Below, in pieces: positions 1 through 12,359 of a stretch of DNA of 64,000 nucleotides. The DNA lies in the NCBI RefSeq assembly GCF_963921235.1, contig NC_086109.1, forward strand, positions 14,820,001 to 14,884,000, read 5' to 3'. A program made the position numbers and the translations under genes. Under the pieces are notes generated by a model. That model saw nothing but the letters and a program-made list of their open reading frames with translations, did not search any database and was not told where the DNA came from. Position 1 is the first letter of the stretch. Each line of letters opens with the position of its first letter. This DNA comes from Mobula hypostoma (taxonomy: Eukaryota).

Positions 1-1490
1 GCTCATAATGTTTCATTAAGGGACAGTAAAATTGAAAGTGTCTAAAAACTTATGAAAATTAAATTAAAAAGATAAGGAAAAATAAAGTCAATAATGGAAA
101 CTTGTTATGCTTTTAAAATGTAATGACATTCAATATCGCACATTGTGTGCAATTTTCAATGCAACGGCTTTACATCGTGCCATTAAAATGGCCATCGTGT
201 CATTGCCAATTATGTCGATGTTCCAAGAAATGAATAACTAAAATAAACAGGCAGGTACAGCCAAGAAGAAATGCTGTGTTGGCCTTTATTAGAAGTGCAG
301 AAGTGGTTTTTACACTGAAACTGCCTGTAAAGGGTTTGTCTGCATCAGGAGCATCTATACATTTGTTTCTGGGTCTGCTGAATGATCAACTTATCAATAG
401 CAAGAAACCATAAAAGATAAAGTTTGGTATTCTTGCCAATTTGCACAGAACATTTTCAAAGATCTCTCACCTTTGCCTGCATTATGTAGAAATGGAAGAC
501 AATAAATGGCTCTTTATTGCAATGCTGATCAAAACACTATGCAGAACCAAATATTGTTTTGCAGAACAAACTATATTATTTCTTCAGTGCTATCAAATGC
601 TGATACTGAAATGCATTGCAACAACAAATAGTTAAGATCTTAAGCAGCCAACCAGAGTGGACTGATATTTAAAAAGTTTGTAATTACAATCTGTCTTAAC
701 TGCACAGCATCTCAGGACAAAACTGAAAAAAAAAACACATTGGTTACCGGGGATTACCCAGGAATAATGTAGAAATCCTTTGGAAGGATTAAGAGAACAC
801 CAAATACATCAGAGTAGGACGAATATTTTGAAAGGGAATATTCAACATAATGGAAGCTCAGCAGTGCATTCTCTCTACACCTCTGCAACCCCAAAAAGTA
901 TATAGCTATCTTCTGCTCCTTAGCATATCTCCACTACATTTCAAGAACTGAAGCAAAGATAAAAGCCTACAGGACTCAGAAATGGAACATGAAAGTTTTT
1001 TTATGTTACAGATCTCAGCATTCATATTACTTTGAATTTCTGAAACTGCCTCATCACATCCAGCAATACAGCAAAACATTTAAAGAGGAACAAACGTTCC
1101 AACTAGCAGCAATTCACCCATGTATCTTCATTTTCTACAATACACTGTAACTAATAAATTTGAAAAATAAGTTTGCAAAAGATTTAGATTTCATTACAAA
1201 CCCATTTAACTGCTCCTTCAATTACTCCCATAATCCAGAAACCTCAAGGACTCTTCCAGACTAATGGATGACCTACCTCAACACATTTTAATTCACTTTC
1301 TTTTAGATATTATGCCATAATAGAATAATTCTGTCAGTAAACTAGTTTAGAGGGGAGCTTTACTTACATTAATTTCTTGAAACATTTAATCAAGTAATAT
1401 CAGGAAATTTTTAAAAAAGCCCAAAACCTATTGATCCCTATACACACCCACTAGTAGCAAGAATGTACAAGCAAAACAGAAAATAATTAC

Positions 1491-2828
1491 CCTTTTGCAG
1501 CATTTTCTTTGCAAAGGCAATTCAACATGTGACTCATCCTGAATAATCTCAGAAAACCCACTGTCTAGTCGGTCCTCAAGGTCTTCTATTATGGGCAAGC
1601 ATGGCAGAGACTGCTGGGGATGACTCGGTTCAAATGAAGTTCTAGTTTCTAACTTGTGCTGAGTTTTAATGGAAGCTTTAAAGTTCAGAAGGTTGTATGG
1701 ATCAGAGGATTCAGGAAAAGGATTCTGGAGATCTACACTGCTGTCTGAGAGTTCAGAACTTTCATCACTGTCAAATCCATCACTGTCCCAATCACTGTCA
1801 TCCTCGCTATCATCATCTTCATCATCACTGTCTGGGCTTCCTAAAATGTAGGCTATCGTTTTATTAGAGCACTGAGGTCTGGCTAGGGAAAGGCTGATTT
1901 CTTCTTCCTCGGAGTCACCCTCTGTATCATCACTACTGTCCCACTCATCATCCCCCAAGGATATCACCTTATTCTCAATTTCCAAACGATTACAGGTGGC
2001 CAAGTCCACATCAACAAGGTGCAATAAAACTTCATCTTCATTTGCTGCATAAGTGTCCTTTTTGTGCGTCCCATCATTAACTTCAGAGGAATGATCCATA
2101 GCACCCTCGGGCCGTGGACAGATATCATTGTCTGAATTAAGCTGCTGGGGATTAGTTTGCTCCTCTTCCAGACTAAAATATCCATGGTCCTGGTCTACGG
2201 CGATGGGTCGGTAAAGTTCCGAGGGCTTCTCCATTCTCTGGACGGCGGAGAGGGGTAGGTCAGCATGTGGCCAAATGCTGAGGTCGGGCTTTTCCTGATG
2301 TAGAGAAGATGCTGGATAGTCACGGGTCCACTGGTCCAACGCCTGCTTGTTCGGGTCCCGGGGATAACAGGCCGCCCTTCGGGCTAGGTCGTACCAGCTG
2401 CGGGGTTCCAGGACTCCAAGCCAGACCTTGCCCCACACCTTCCCCAACAGGCTCTGAGACCAGGGAGCCAATGGCTCGGAGTCGCGCAGAGGGAGCGGCG
2501 GCTCCTCGTCGACATCGCCGCCGCCCGCGGCCTCGGGACTCCAGTGAAGGGCGGCGCCCAGCCACTGTCCGATAGCGGGCTGGTTTCCGACAGGGCCGGC
2601 GGCCTGGCTCTCCTCAACCAAGCCGCCTTGCATCTTGCGAAGGAGCGACCCGAGGGGAGCGGGCTCGTCCGAAGGCCGGTGGAAGAGCAGCGAACTGGGC
2701 CTGGACCACGCCAACTGCAGCCTCGTCCACAATTTCAAATACAGGGCAGTGTGTTCGTTCGCTCCGCCGTCACTGCAGGAACCGGCGACGACTGAAACCC
2801 CGCTGTGGGGGAAAGCTTCGCAACTCAT
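1491..2828 (-). CDS. PPP1R15B: Protein phosphatase 1 regulatory subunit 15B (CReP), coding exon 1 (446 codons); exon 2 is not seen in the window
   Basis: ORF has DQDHGYFSLEEEQ, ARPQCSNKTIAYILG, DSDGFDSD and SDPYNLLNFKASI, matching recalled CReP motifs. It ends KCCKR|gtaatt (donor GT at 1490-1489, phase 0), where the RVxF PP1-binding motif is split by an intron in mammals. Adjacent to PIK3C2B as in human. Confidence 0.93.
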
Positions 2829-2897
2829 GCTTTACAAAATCCAAATCTAGCTTCGGGAATGAATTTTTATACCGGTCACTCTGCCCCTGAATGCCGA

Positions 2898-2960
2898 TTA
2901 CCGCCGACGCGCAGGCTCCGCCGCCATTTTACGAACACACGGGCCTGTGCTCCCGGACAT
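2898..2960 (-). other. Putative uORF2 of PPP1R15B (MSGSTGPCVRKMAAEPARRR*), with an internal strong-Kozak ATG at 2927
   Basis: ATG at 2960 and in-frame aaaATGG at 2927; TAA at 2900-2898, ~70 nt before the main ATG. Confidence 0.55.
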
Positions 2961-3078
2961 TGAAATTTGTGACCACTTGAGAGTCCGCCGCCAGATGGGG
3001 CGTGAGGCAGTGGTGGGGACAATGCTGATGGTGTTGGTGATAAAGTCGCTGCCAGCTCCCCGACTCACCGTTCGCCAT
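2929..3078 (-). other. Putative uORF1 of PPP1R15B (49 aa, MANGESGSWQRLYHQHHQHCPHHCLTPHLAADSQVVTNFNVREHRPVCS*)
   Basis: Manual translation from gtgATGG at 3078 to TAA at 2931-2929; depends on the TSS lying upstream of 3078. Confidence 0.5.
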
Positions 3079-3379
3079 CACTCCCAGCAGGATACCGCCC
3101 ACCACTGCTCTCCGCCAACACTGGGGCGGACTAAAGAGCGGGCTTTCAACGGCCGCTATTTCATCAGATGCCGACGAGAGGCACGCACACCAAGAAGGGC
3201 TCCAACCTCCCGCAGCCCGGAACGCTCTCGCCCCCTGGCTAGGAGGACGACGACAACAAGTGGGAACTAACGAAATTCTTGAAGCTAGTTCTTAGAACAT
3301 TACATTACAGGCCCTTTCTACCCTCTATCTAAGATCAATTCTAACCCTCCGTTTTTCGATCTGATATATATTGTGTTTG

Positions 3380-4260
3380 TAGGGTTGTTCGCTGAGCAAT
3401 ACCAAGACAGAACTGGTTTGCCAATGGAGTACCAGTGACCCACCCACTCTACCTGCCTTCACCATTGGTGATGAAAAGCTGTCAGTAGTGCCATCTTTCA
3501 AATATCTGGGGAGCATTCTCTCTGAGAATAGTGGCGTTGACAACGACATCCAGGCCACATTAAACAGGCGTCAGCTGCCTTCGGGAGACTTTGGTGTAGA
3601 GTCTTCCAGAACAGGAGCCTTCGTCCCTCCACAAAGGTCACCATATACCAAGCAGTCTGTGTCACCACCCTCCTTTATAGCTATGAAGCTTGGGTAACCT
3701 ACAGCCGTCACATCAAGTCCTTGGAGCACTTCCACATAAGCTGCCTCCAGCACATCCTGGGAATTACCTGGCGTGAGCAGGTGCCTCACACTGAAATACT
3801 TGTAAAGACCAACTGCAGAAGTATTGAGGCCATGATCACCCAGCGTCAGCTGCAATGGCTGGGGCACGTGATAAGGATGCCCCCATGCCAGCTACCCCGC
3901 AGAGTGTTATACGGCCAGCTACATCATGGTCGACGCTCAGCTGGAGGGCCGAAGAAGCACTATAAGGATCAGATGAAGAATGCTTTAAGGAAGTGCAAGA
4001 TCAGACCTGAGGACCTGGAGGATGTTGCTGCTGACCGTGCCACTTGGCGACAGCTGTGTAGGGACGGGGTTCGTATTCTGGAGATGGAAAGAACAACCAG
4101 AAGACAGCAAGAGAGAGCCAGGAGAAATGCAGCCATGGTTTCCACCACTACTACATATACATGTCCCACCTGCAATAGAGCTTGTGGGTCCAGGATAGGA
4201 CTGTATAGTCATCAAAGATCACACCGTTGAAGGAGTGGACACCATCATTGGATTTCGGAT
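3380..4260 (+). mobile_element. 5'-truncated RTE-clade LINE (RT thumb and C-terminal zinc finger)
   Basis: FKYLGSILS, LQWLGHVIRMPPCQLPRRVLYGQL, C-terminal CPTCNRACGSRIGLYSHQRSH; frameshifted. Confidence 0.85.
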
Positions 4261-4339
4261 TCCTCATTGCTTGCATAATTTCCCTAGCATTCCTTTAAAA
4301 TTATTTTATTCAGTTGGGACTGAAGCTGGACAGGCTAGG

Positions 4340-4740
4340 ATGTGAATCATAGCAGACTGAGGGAATCACTGTGGACTTCTGGAAGGTGCAGACAAACCAC
4401 CCCTTCTGCGCATATATGGCTCCTCCAGGAGGAGAGGGAGTTATGTGCACCAAGTTCCTGGGAGTTCACATTACGGATGACTTTGCCTGGTGCCTTAATA
4501 ATCGCCCCCTTGAACAAGAAGGCACTTCCTAAGATCGAGGCAGGCAAGGCTCTCACAACACACCCCACCCCCATCTTAACTGCATGTTATAGGAGCACTG
4601 TTGAGAGCATCCTGATGTTGCATCTCCATCTGGTATGGGAACATCGTAGTGAAGTCCCTAAAAAGGACTGTGAGAACAACTGAGAGGATATTGAGGGTCT
4701 CCCATCGTAGTATTATTAAGGATCCCACCCATCCATCCAG
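4340..4740 (+). mobile_element. Degenerate Rex/Babar-like LINE 3' fragment
   Basis: LTACYRSTVESIL-like remnant; similar to pieces at 49130-50850 and 55630-56190. Confidence 0.55.
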
Positions 4741-5439
4741 CAGAGATCATTGGTTGTGGGTAGACAAGTGAGTATAGTTGTTCAAGAGCCTGATGGTGAG
4801 AGGACAGCATAGCCTCTGGGGCGGGGATCTTTGATGAGGGATGCTGCTTTCCTACGACAGTGTTTCATGTAGATGTGCTCAGTGGTTGGGAGTTAGTACT
4901 TTCAAAAGGAGATTGCATGGGTCAAAGGGGGAAAATCTGGGGAATGGAATAAACAGGATCACTGTTAGTAGCCAACAAAGACTTAATGGGCCAAATGTCC
5001 TCCAAAGCCATAATGATTCAAGTCTATGACTATTAGAAATTAAATGAAGTTTAACAACACAATAAGATAATAATAACCTACAAAGTGCATTCTAATAACA
5101 ACTGAGATTAATTGCACACTTGTGTCAAAGACAATAATGTTCTAATAATTTACATGTCCAATTTGACTTCTTTGTAAATGGGAAATGAAAAATGAGTAGT
5201 AATACTTCAGGTTTTATTTTGCCATTATAAACTTCTCTTAGTCCAGTCAATCAAGGGCAATGTTATTCTGCCTCATTCCAGAAAAACCACAGCAAATAAA
5301 GATACTTTTTCTAATCTTTTCTGTCCATGACTTTTCTCCTTTGATTTCACATCTCTAGTGAAGTCCCAAATTTACAAATACTACACATGGATTTAGATTT
5401 CATCTTTTGATTGGAGATTGCCAGATGACAAAGCTATGG

Positions 5440-5700
5440 GCATGTCCCACTCCAGAAATACAAGGCTATTATGAGAGTTGACATTATGGTGCACTTTTGA
5501 AGTAGTGCTGCATTTCTACTGAGATATTAAACTGACCTGGTCATTTTGATGGATATAAGATACTGGATGACATTACCCAAAGCAAGCAGGGAGGGGTTTC
5601 CCGGTGTCTAGGTGAATATTTACTACTTGTATGACCTACTCTTACTTACGTTTTTGTGTACATTTGTCGCCATATGTTTCTCAGGCTTGACTGAGAAAGG
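5440..5700 (+). mobile_element. Ancient Deu-domain SINE remnant (SacSINE1/AmnSINE-like)
   Basis: tgagatattaaactga...gcagggaggggtttcccggtgtctaggtgaatatt resembles the recalled Deu domain; a possible 3' piece lies at ~6350-6500. Confidence 0.5.
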
Positions 5701-7652
5701 TTAATGCATAGTAGAGTAGATTCTGTTGGATTAGGGTGTAGACTTATTTTCCTTGTAAGTTAACTTTACGATGTTTGTGTTTTTACATAATCATCCGTAT
5801 ACAATTGTTCAGTGGATTTTCTGGTAATTATGGTACTGTTGCTTCTGTAATTTTCTGGTAATCTTGCTATCAGTAGCATGTGAATCTGTCTATTTTATAG
5901 GTTGTTATCAATGGAATTTGTTTATCTCTTGTCTGAGAATGAGACAACCACAAATTCTTTGTTTTTTATCTTTTTTGTTCTTTCAGTTTAATTAATTATT
6001 TATTGAGATACAGGGCAGAATAGGCCCTTCTGGCCTTTTGAGTCACACCACCAGCAATTTCCAATTTAATCCTAGCCTAATCGTGGGGTGATTAACCTCA
6101 CAACCAGTAGGTCTTTGGGCTGTGGGAGGAAACAGGACCATCTCGCGGAAACCCACCCACCTATTACAAGGTGGTGGTGCTGGGGAGAGGTGACATATTG
6201 CTGGCAGCCAACAGCAACAGTTTCATGGTTGAGATCTGACTTTCAGCTTTTCTGGTGCTAAGTGCCTGTGATGCTGCTGTGAGTTAAGTTTTTCACTGCA
6301 CCTGTGCATAGTACAATAAATTTGACTTCGACTTTAAGCAACAAAACCAAAACAGATCACATGGCTGTCTTATCACAGTTTGTAGTGTCTAGCTGTGTTT
6401 GTATTTCTTGCACTTCAACACCAACTGTACTTGTTTATCTAGAATTAATTACTAATTGCCATGAAGCCCCAAAGGTTATAAATGTACATTCATTCTTTCA
6501 GTGACATCAAGTTAAAAGAAAAACTGCTGGAAGCTGAAGGAACAGCATTACACAAAACTGAAGAAGTACCTACAATGTTAATTCAAAATTTGGTGAACGA
6601 TACACTTCCTTACGGCTTGCTGTAATCTTGCATGTAGAATTTTCCATTAAATTTATCTCCATATTATATTTCCAACATTTTCAGTGATTAAGTACTGTTG
6701 TGAATCAGCTCTCCGCTTAACTGAATGATAATCCATTTGAATCTATGTTAGGACATTAATAGGAGTCCTGTCCCAACATAAATCACACCAAGATCCATCC
6801 TTTCATTGATCAGTTGTTTGTCTATATTAACCCCCCCCCCCAAGTCTAGTATTACACTGAAAAAACATTTTAGAATTCACCCTCCATGTCTTCAAATGTC
6901 TTTGAACCTTGAACAGTCTTTAAAAGATTTGCTTTATTTCTCACATGTACCTTGGCCAGTTTTGTAGTGGCACCTGCACTGGACTTTGAGGCGAGTGGTC
7001 CCGGATTAGAATCCGGTGGCCCCCCTCGCATGCTTTCCATCTCTGGTGGGTTGAGTTTTTAACAAGGCCTCACCCATGCTTTGGCGTTGTTAAAAAAAAA
7101 CACAAACGCTAAAGAAGTGGGAAGGTTGCCGTTCGATGTGCCACATGGTGCAGAGAGGAACTAACACGTACATGAAATGCCTTGAATGGGTCAATGATCA
7201 ATGCAGTCCCAAAAAGTGCTGGGGGGTATCCCACAGTGTCACCAACATAGCAGGCCCACTATTTAATAACCCTAACCCGTACATCTTCCGAATTGTGGGA
7301 AGAAACTGGAGCGCTCAGCGGAAATGCGTGTGATCATGGTAAAGATGTACAATCTTACATTCAGCAGCAGGAATTGACCCCATTCTTACTGTAGGCACTG
7401 AAATGTGTTACACTGACTGCTATGCTACCATGCTTACCATTGCTTAGAAACTTCTGAGAACTTCCTTTCAACTTCAGAAGACTCCATCTGCAGACAACGA
7501 CTCCTTGCTAAAATACAAGTTCCGATTTATTTTCCTCATTTTCTCCTCTAAGATGTTTATTAAAATTTCCCTGAGAAAGCATTTGACTGTCTCATTTTGG
7601 CTCGAGTAAAATTTTGTTGAATAATCATGTTTTACTCTGATAAAAGGACCTT

Positions 7653-8130
7653 ATACACTCAGTAGCCACTTCTCCAGGTACACCTGCTCGTTAATGCAAA
7701 GATATCTAATCAGCCAATAATGTGGCAGCAACTCAATGCATGAAAGCATGCAGATGTGGCCAAGAAGTTCATTCTCTGGTCAAGTGAAACATCAGAATGG
7801 GGAAGTAATGTGAACTAAGTGACTTTGACTGAGGAATGAAGGTGGTTTGAGTATCTCAGAAACTGCTGATCTCCTGGGACTTTCATGCACAACAGTCTCT
7901 AAGAGTTTACAGGAAACGGTGTGTAAAACCAAAGAAATACTCAGTGCGCGGCAGTTCTGTGGGTCAAAATGCCATGTCAATGAGAGAGTTCAGAGGAGAA
8001 TGGCCAGACTGGTTCAAGCTAACAGGAAGATGGCAGTAACTCAAATAACCATGTGTTACAACAGTGGTGTGTAGAAGAACATCTCTGAATGCACAACATG
8101 TTGAACCTCAGAGCAGATGGGCTACAGCAG
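7653..8130 (+). mobile_element. Tc1-like DNA transposon fragment
   Basis: ta-cactcagtagccact...ggtacacctg terminus; SISETADLLGLSCTTVS...RRMARLVQANRK transposase HTH remnant. Confidence 0.8.
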
Positions 8131-8139
8131 CAGAAGAGA

Positions 8140-8490
8140 GCATAGAGAGAGTAGATAGACAGTATCGTTATCCCAGGGTTGAAATGTCTAACACCAGAGG
8201 GCATGTATTTAAGGTGAAAGGGGGAAATTTCAAAGGAAGTGTGAGGGGCAAGTTTTTTTTTAAACAGAGAGTGGTGGGTGCTCGGAATGCACTGCCTGGG
8301 TGGTGGTAAAGGCAGATACATTAGGGATTTTCAAGAGACATTTCAATAGGTACATGAATGAGAGAAAAATGGAATATTATGGACATTGTGTAGGGTGGAA
8401 AAGATTAGTTTAGTTGGCTATTTGATTACTAATTTAATTGGTTTAGCACAACATTGTGGGCCAAATGGCTTGTTCCTGCTGTGTACTAGT
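8140..8490 (+). mobile_element. CR1-type LINE 3' fragment
   Basis: TRGHVFKVKGGNFKGSVRGKFFFKQRVVGARNALP. Confidence 0.75.
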
Positions 8491-8708
8491 CTACGTTCTA
8501 GTATGTACACAGTGGCTACTTTTTTTATTCCTCTTCATAGATCCTTGCTGAGCTGCTGAGTTCCTCCAGCATTTTGTGTATGTTACTCTGCATTTCCAGC
8601 ATTCGGGGAATCGCTCATGTTTTTTAACCTTTTGTTGTTCTTCCTCAAAAAACATACAGATGTCTAATAAAATGGAATTTTCATAAACAACAGACAAGAT
8701 ACTGTTTT

Positions 8709-8714
8709 TTTATT
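8709..8714 (-). terminator. Candidate distal poly(A) signal of PIK3C2B (implies ~3.5 kb 3' UTR)
   Basis: AATAAA on the minus strand followed by GU/U-rich ttgtctgttgtttatg; repeat-poor sequence from here up to the stop codon. A proximal AATAAA also occurs near 12088-12093. Confidence 0.45.
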
Positions 8715-9319
8715 TTTTTTTAAATATTCAACAACAGCATTGCGCATCATTCAGAAGTAAATTACTTACAGGCAAAAAAGATCTGCAAACAAATCTTACA
8801 GTATAACTTCCATTAGTTAATAAAAAGGACATTTCAGTACAAGTCAGTGGTGGCTTTCCTTATGTATAAAGGTAAACCCAAACAAGACTTGGGAATTTCA
8901 CGAAGTTTCTTCCTTAGCTGCCTCTGAAAAAGGAAGGATACAAGTGAGGAACACTGCGAGTTAGAATCTCCATCCCAACAGAAACAATGTCCTCGTCAGT
9001 ATCCACTACTGAGCAATACAGAAAGTGGCAACACAGCAACCAGTTGCTTCAAGCAGGAACCAACAAAGAGGCAAGATGTGCAACTTCATCTCAGTTCCTG
9101 AGATTCAGCAGTGAATGGTGTCTTGCTCATGCACATCCTACAATACAAGGAGGGCCATGCTTTCCCCGTGCACAGCATTACCAAGTATGACATCAGGTTC
9201 GTATCAGTCAAACAATGAAGAAACTAGGGTAAAGTGCATTCATTTTGATGCTCAAAGGTCCGCTGAATCATCATCCCTCACTCACACTCATTCCCCATAC
9301 CCCCACCACCAAACATTTA

Positions 9320-10240
9320 AGTGCTGAGGTCACCAGAGGAGCGGCAGCACTTGGTAGCAAATGACTTGCAAATGATTTGATCTTCACCTTAGTGCTACTT
9401 AGAATGGAGAGCAAAGTTCTTTTGTTTACCCAACACTGTATGCCATCCTCTGTGCAAACACTAGGTAATAGAGGCATAGAATAACCCCCTCCCTCCACAA
9501 AAAGCTGCTCAGGCAGGGAACCAAATGAACATTTAATCCGAGAGGAGCAGAATTTTTTCAATTAAGGGGATTCAAGCATTTGGACCAAGGTGGGTAAGTG
9601 GAATTAAAATTCAGATCACACATGGTCTAGCTGAAAGATAGGCCAGAAATAAGGAGCTCCTGTGCCCACTCCTGTCAACTATGCCTCTCTGTAATGGCAG
9701 CAGCCTATGGAGAACACACATAGATACAAATTGACCTGTTGACATAATATTGCATTTCCAATAGACTTTTAACTTTAAGAGAAGTGCTGAGGTCACCAGA
9801 GCTGCAACTTCACCAGACTTGATCTTCATCTTTGCTCCCCATTGAAGTAACATTGAGTTCAGCACTTCGTTTACCCAACACCAAAAGCTGTCCTCTGAGC
9901 ACACACTGGGTAATGGAGGCGTGGAATAACCTCCCCGCAAAGAGCTGCTGAGGCAGGGAACCAAATAATATTTAATCAGAGAGGGGCAGAATTCTTTCAG
10001 TTTAAGGCAATTCAAGCATTTGGACCAAGATGTGTAAATGGAGTTAAAATTCAGATCAGACATAATCTAAATCAGGGGTTCCCAACCTTTTTTATGCTGT
10101 GAATCCCAGGTTGGGAACCACGGACTGAAAGATAGGCCAGAAATAAGGAGCTCCTGTCATCTGTGCCTCTCTGCAAAAGCAGCAGCTGATGGAGAACACA
10201 CACAGACAGAAATTGATCTATTGACACATTATCATGTGTT
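9320..10240. repeat. Imperfect tandem duplication, ~460-bp unit
   Basis: aagtgctgaggtcaccagag at 9320 and ~9782; the remainder (ggcagggaaccaaat, ttcaagcatttggaccaag, ggccagaaataaggagctcctgt) repeats colinearly. Confidence 0.9.
10073..10124. mobile_element. Short hAT-like MITE (other copies ~32650-32730, ~40751-40804, ~42875-42930)
   Basis: TIR caggggttcccaacct / aggttgggaacc; absent from the first duplicate copy; other copies sit in NTCTAGAN-like targets (ctctggag/ctctagag, ctctagat/ttctacat). Confidence 0.7.
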
Positions 10241-12176
10241 TAACTATAGAGAAGGTAGAGATGTTCCAAAACATTGAAAGGAATTAGAAGGATTAGGGGG
10301 TTGATGAGTGTAAATTCTCTCCAGCAGACGTTGAAAGTGGTCAGGAAACAGGGCTGAAACAGAAACTCGCAACACATTTAAAAAAATACTCAGATGTGCA
10401 GTTGAACATCTGCAGCCTGCAAGTTCCAGATTAAGTGAGGAAGACGGTTTAGATCAGGTAGCACCATCTCCAGTGACCCAACAACCTCATGCTTGTACTT
10501 GTCCATAGCTCCACAATATTATTTTAAATCTGGACAGGATTACGATCTGAGCGCTTGGGAGTCAAATACTTGGTTTTAGTTAATGCTGAGTCACTCTTCC
10601 AGGATTAACCCTGTAAAAACTGACCAAAGAAGGTAATGAATACACTTGGATAGATGTTCACTCACTCCACTGTGCGAATGATCGAACCTAATCTGATTAA
10701 TTAAATGCAGTTGTGAGTAAGTACAGCATCATCTACAGAACCTATTAACGATTAGGGATCAGAAGGATTGTCATTTAGGTGCCAGTACCCTTTAATAATT
10801 CATTTAAACTGATCATGTGAATGGAATGACTGAATGTTCGCAGGCTTTTAGACAATGAAGGGTTGGGGAGATAAATCCAGTATCAGTTTCAACATTGTGT
10901 TCATTGTGGAGAAGAGACCAGTGATAAGACACCTGACCTCTCTGTCCCTCGCCATCCCCAATTCTCCTTCTGTCCCTGTTGTCTTCAACAGTGTATTCAA
11001 AGTCTGTACAATTGCACCAATATCTAACACAGCTGAAATCAAATGATGTCGGATAGACTGTGAACTGAACGTGGGTTGTCTTTGCTGTGTCTTACCTTTC
11101 TGGCCAATTGATGGATCATACACCCTGCATTATTTCATATGCTTTTTATACAGGCACTTGGCAAGAGAACCCTAGCATATATGAAGGAGATTATCATTAT
11201 TTTCCTGATTTGCAGGACAAATAGACGAGCTCACTCAGGTAATCAGATGGTTTAGCTAAAATTGCCTGTGGTTTTGAATTTGCTTCAAATACAATTCTAA
11301 CCAATGGAAGTTGTTTTTGTTTATTTCTACTCCTTAGGATGAGGAGTTATTGCATGAGCTTCTTGCTTTGCACCCCACCCACTAGTTGGTTCCGTTTTCT
11401 TCAGTGCAGCTGAATATTGAGTGAGTGTTTTACAGGCAGCTAATCTGGGAACATCAGTTTAGTGCTGTCACCCAAAACCAATCTCAAATTCAGTGCGCTT
11501 TGCATGGTAAGACAGTTTCACAGGTTGAACGATCCACTTCTGTTCTCATGTTTCGTGATGCCGTATTACATACATTGGGGCGACTTCACCCCACAATGTT
11601 TTGTTCGCAAGGCTTCATTCACGTCTCGAAGCCAGAAGAACTATGAACTATCCACTTCCCACCTGGGGATATGAGAGAGAACAGAGTAGCAGGAATACAG
11701 TGAGTCGACATAAACTCTCTGTTCTGCTACTTTTCTATTCGTGAACTTTGATTAATTCCTGGAGGGTTTACTCCTTCCTCTTGCTTAAGTTTAGTGCAAA
11801 AAAAAAATTGAAGTAAGTCCTTCTTCACGACATGGTCGCCCACAGCACAGTTTAAAAGCATATAAACAGTTCAAATATTTACCTTCATTTTCATAGTGTA
11901 ATAATACACAACTTGGGAGCAAACCATTTGCATCTCTTGACGCACGCAACATCACGCCCAGTAATCCTTGGGACAGTGGGCAGTGTCTCTTCAACACGTT
12001 CCAATATAAAGAGGCTCAAAAATATTGTTTGAATATTTTAACCTCGTGTCCGTTCACAAATAAAATTGAAAAAAGAAACACAAACTGTTTATTCCTTGTT
12101 CTGCACCCATTATCCCAATCCTGCAGAGGTCCAACAGGCAGCCCTTCGTGACGTAATCTGAATCTCAGAATTAAAT

Positions 12177-12359
12177 TCATTGTGGGGCTGTCGATCCCAA
12201 GTGGTACCAACCAACCATTTTCTGGTTCAGATTGAAGTCCTTGAGGTTAATGTGCACTTCGCCAAGCATGATGTTCTCTCGGAACGCTTCCTCACTCAGC
12301 ACACGTAAGTGGATAATCCGCTGCTGCACATCTCCTTTGGGAATGCCATCATACACCAA
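12177..12359 (-). CDS. PIK3C2B: PI3K-C2beta last coding exon (C2 domain end, LVYDGIPKGD...WYHLGSTAPQ*)
   Basis: ttgcag acceptor; 183 nt including TGA; matches recalled class II PI3K C2 terminus. Confidence 0.93.
   Translation of the reverse strand: MVYDGIPKGDVQQRIIHLRVLSEEAFRENIMLGEVHINLKDFNLNQKMVGWYHLGSTAPQ

Larger units (their letters stand above)
2200..3270. promoter_or_regulatory. CpG island / promoter and 5' leader of PPP1R15B
   Basis: GC- and CpG-rich in an AT-rich background; GC boxes (ccgccc ~3095, ggggcgg ~3123); YY1-like CCGCCATTTT at 2921-2930. Confidence 0.75.

Noticed and set aside
1428..1490. Hydrophobic C-terminal tail VIIFCFACTFLLLVGVYRDQ of the 466-aa ORF (looks like a membrane anchor; RVIIF resembles RVxF)
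   Set aside because: It starts exactly at a GTAATT donor at the position of the conserved PPP1R15B intron, so it is most simply intron read-through; an intron-retained isoform cannot be supported from sequence alone.
2309..3270. Several overlapping Arg/Pro/Gly-rich ORFs on both strands
   Set aside because: Shadow ORFs expected in a stop-poor CpG island; no recognisable domains.
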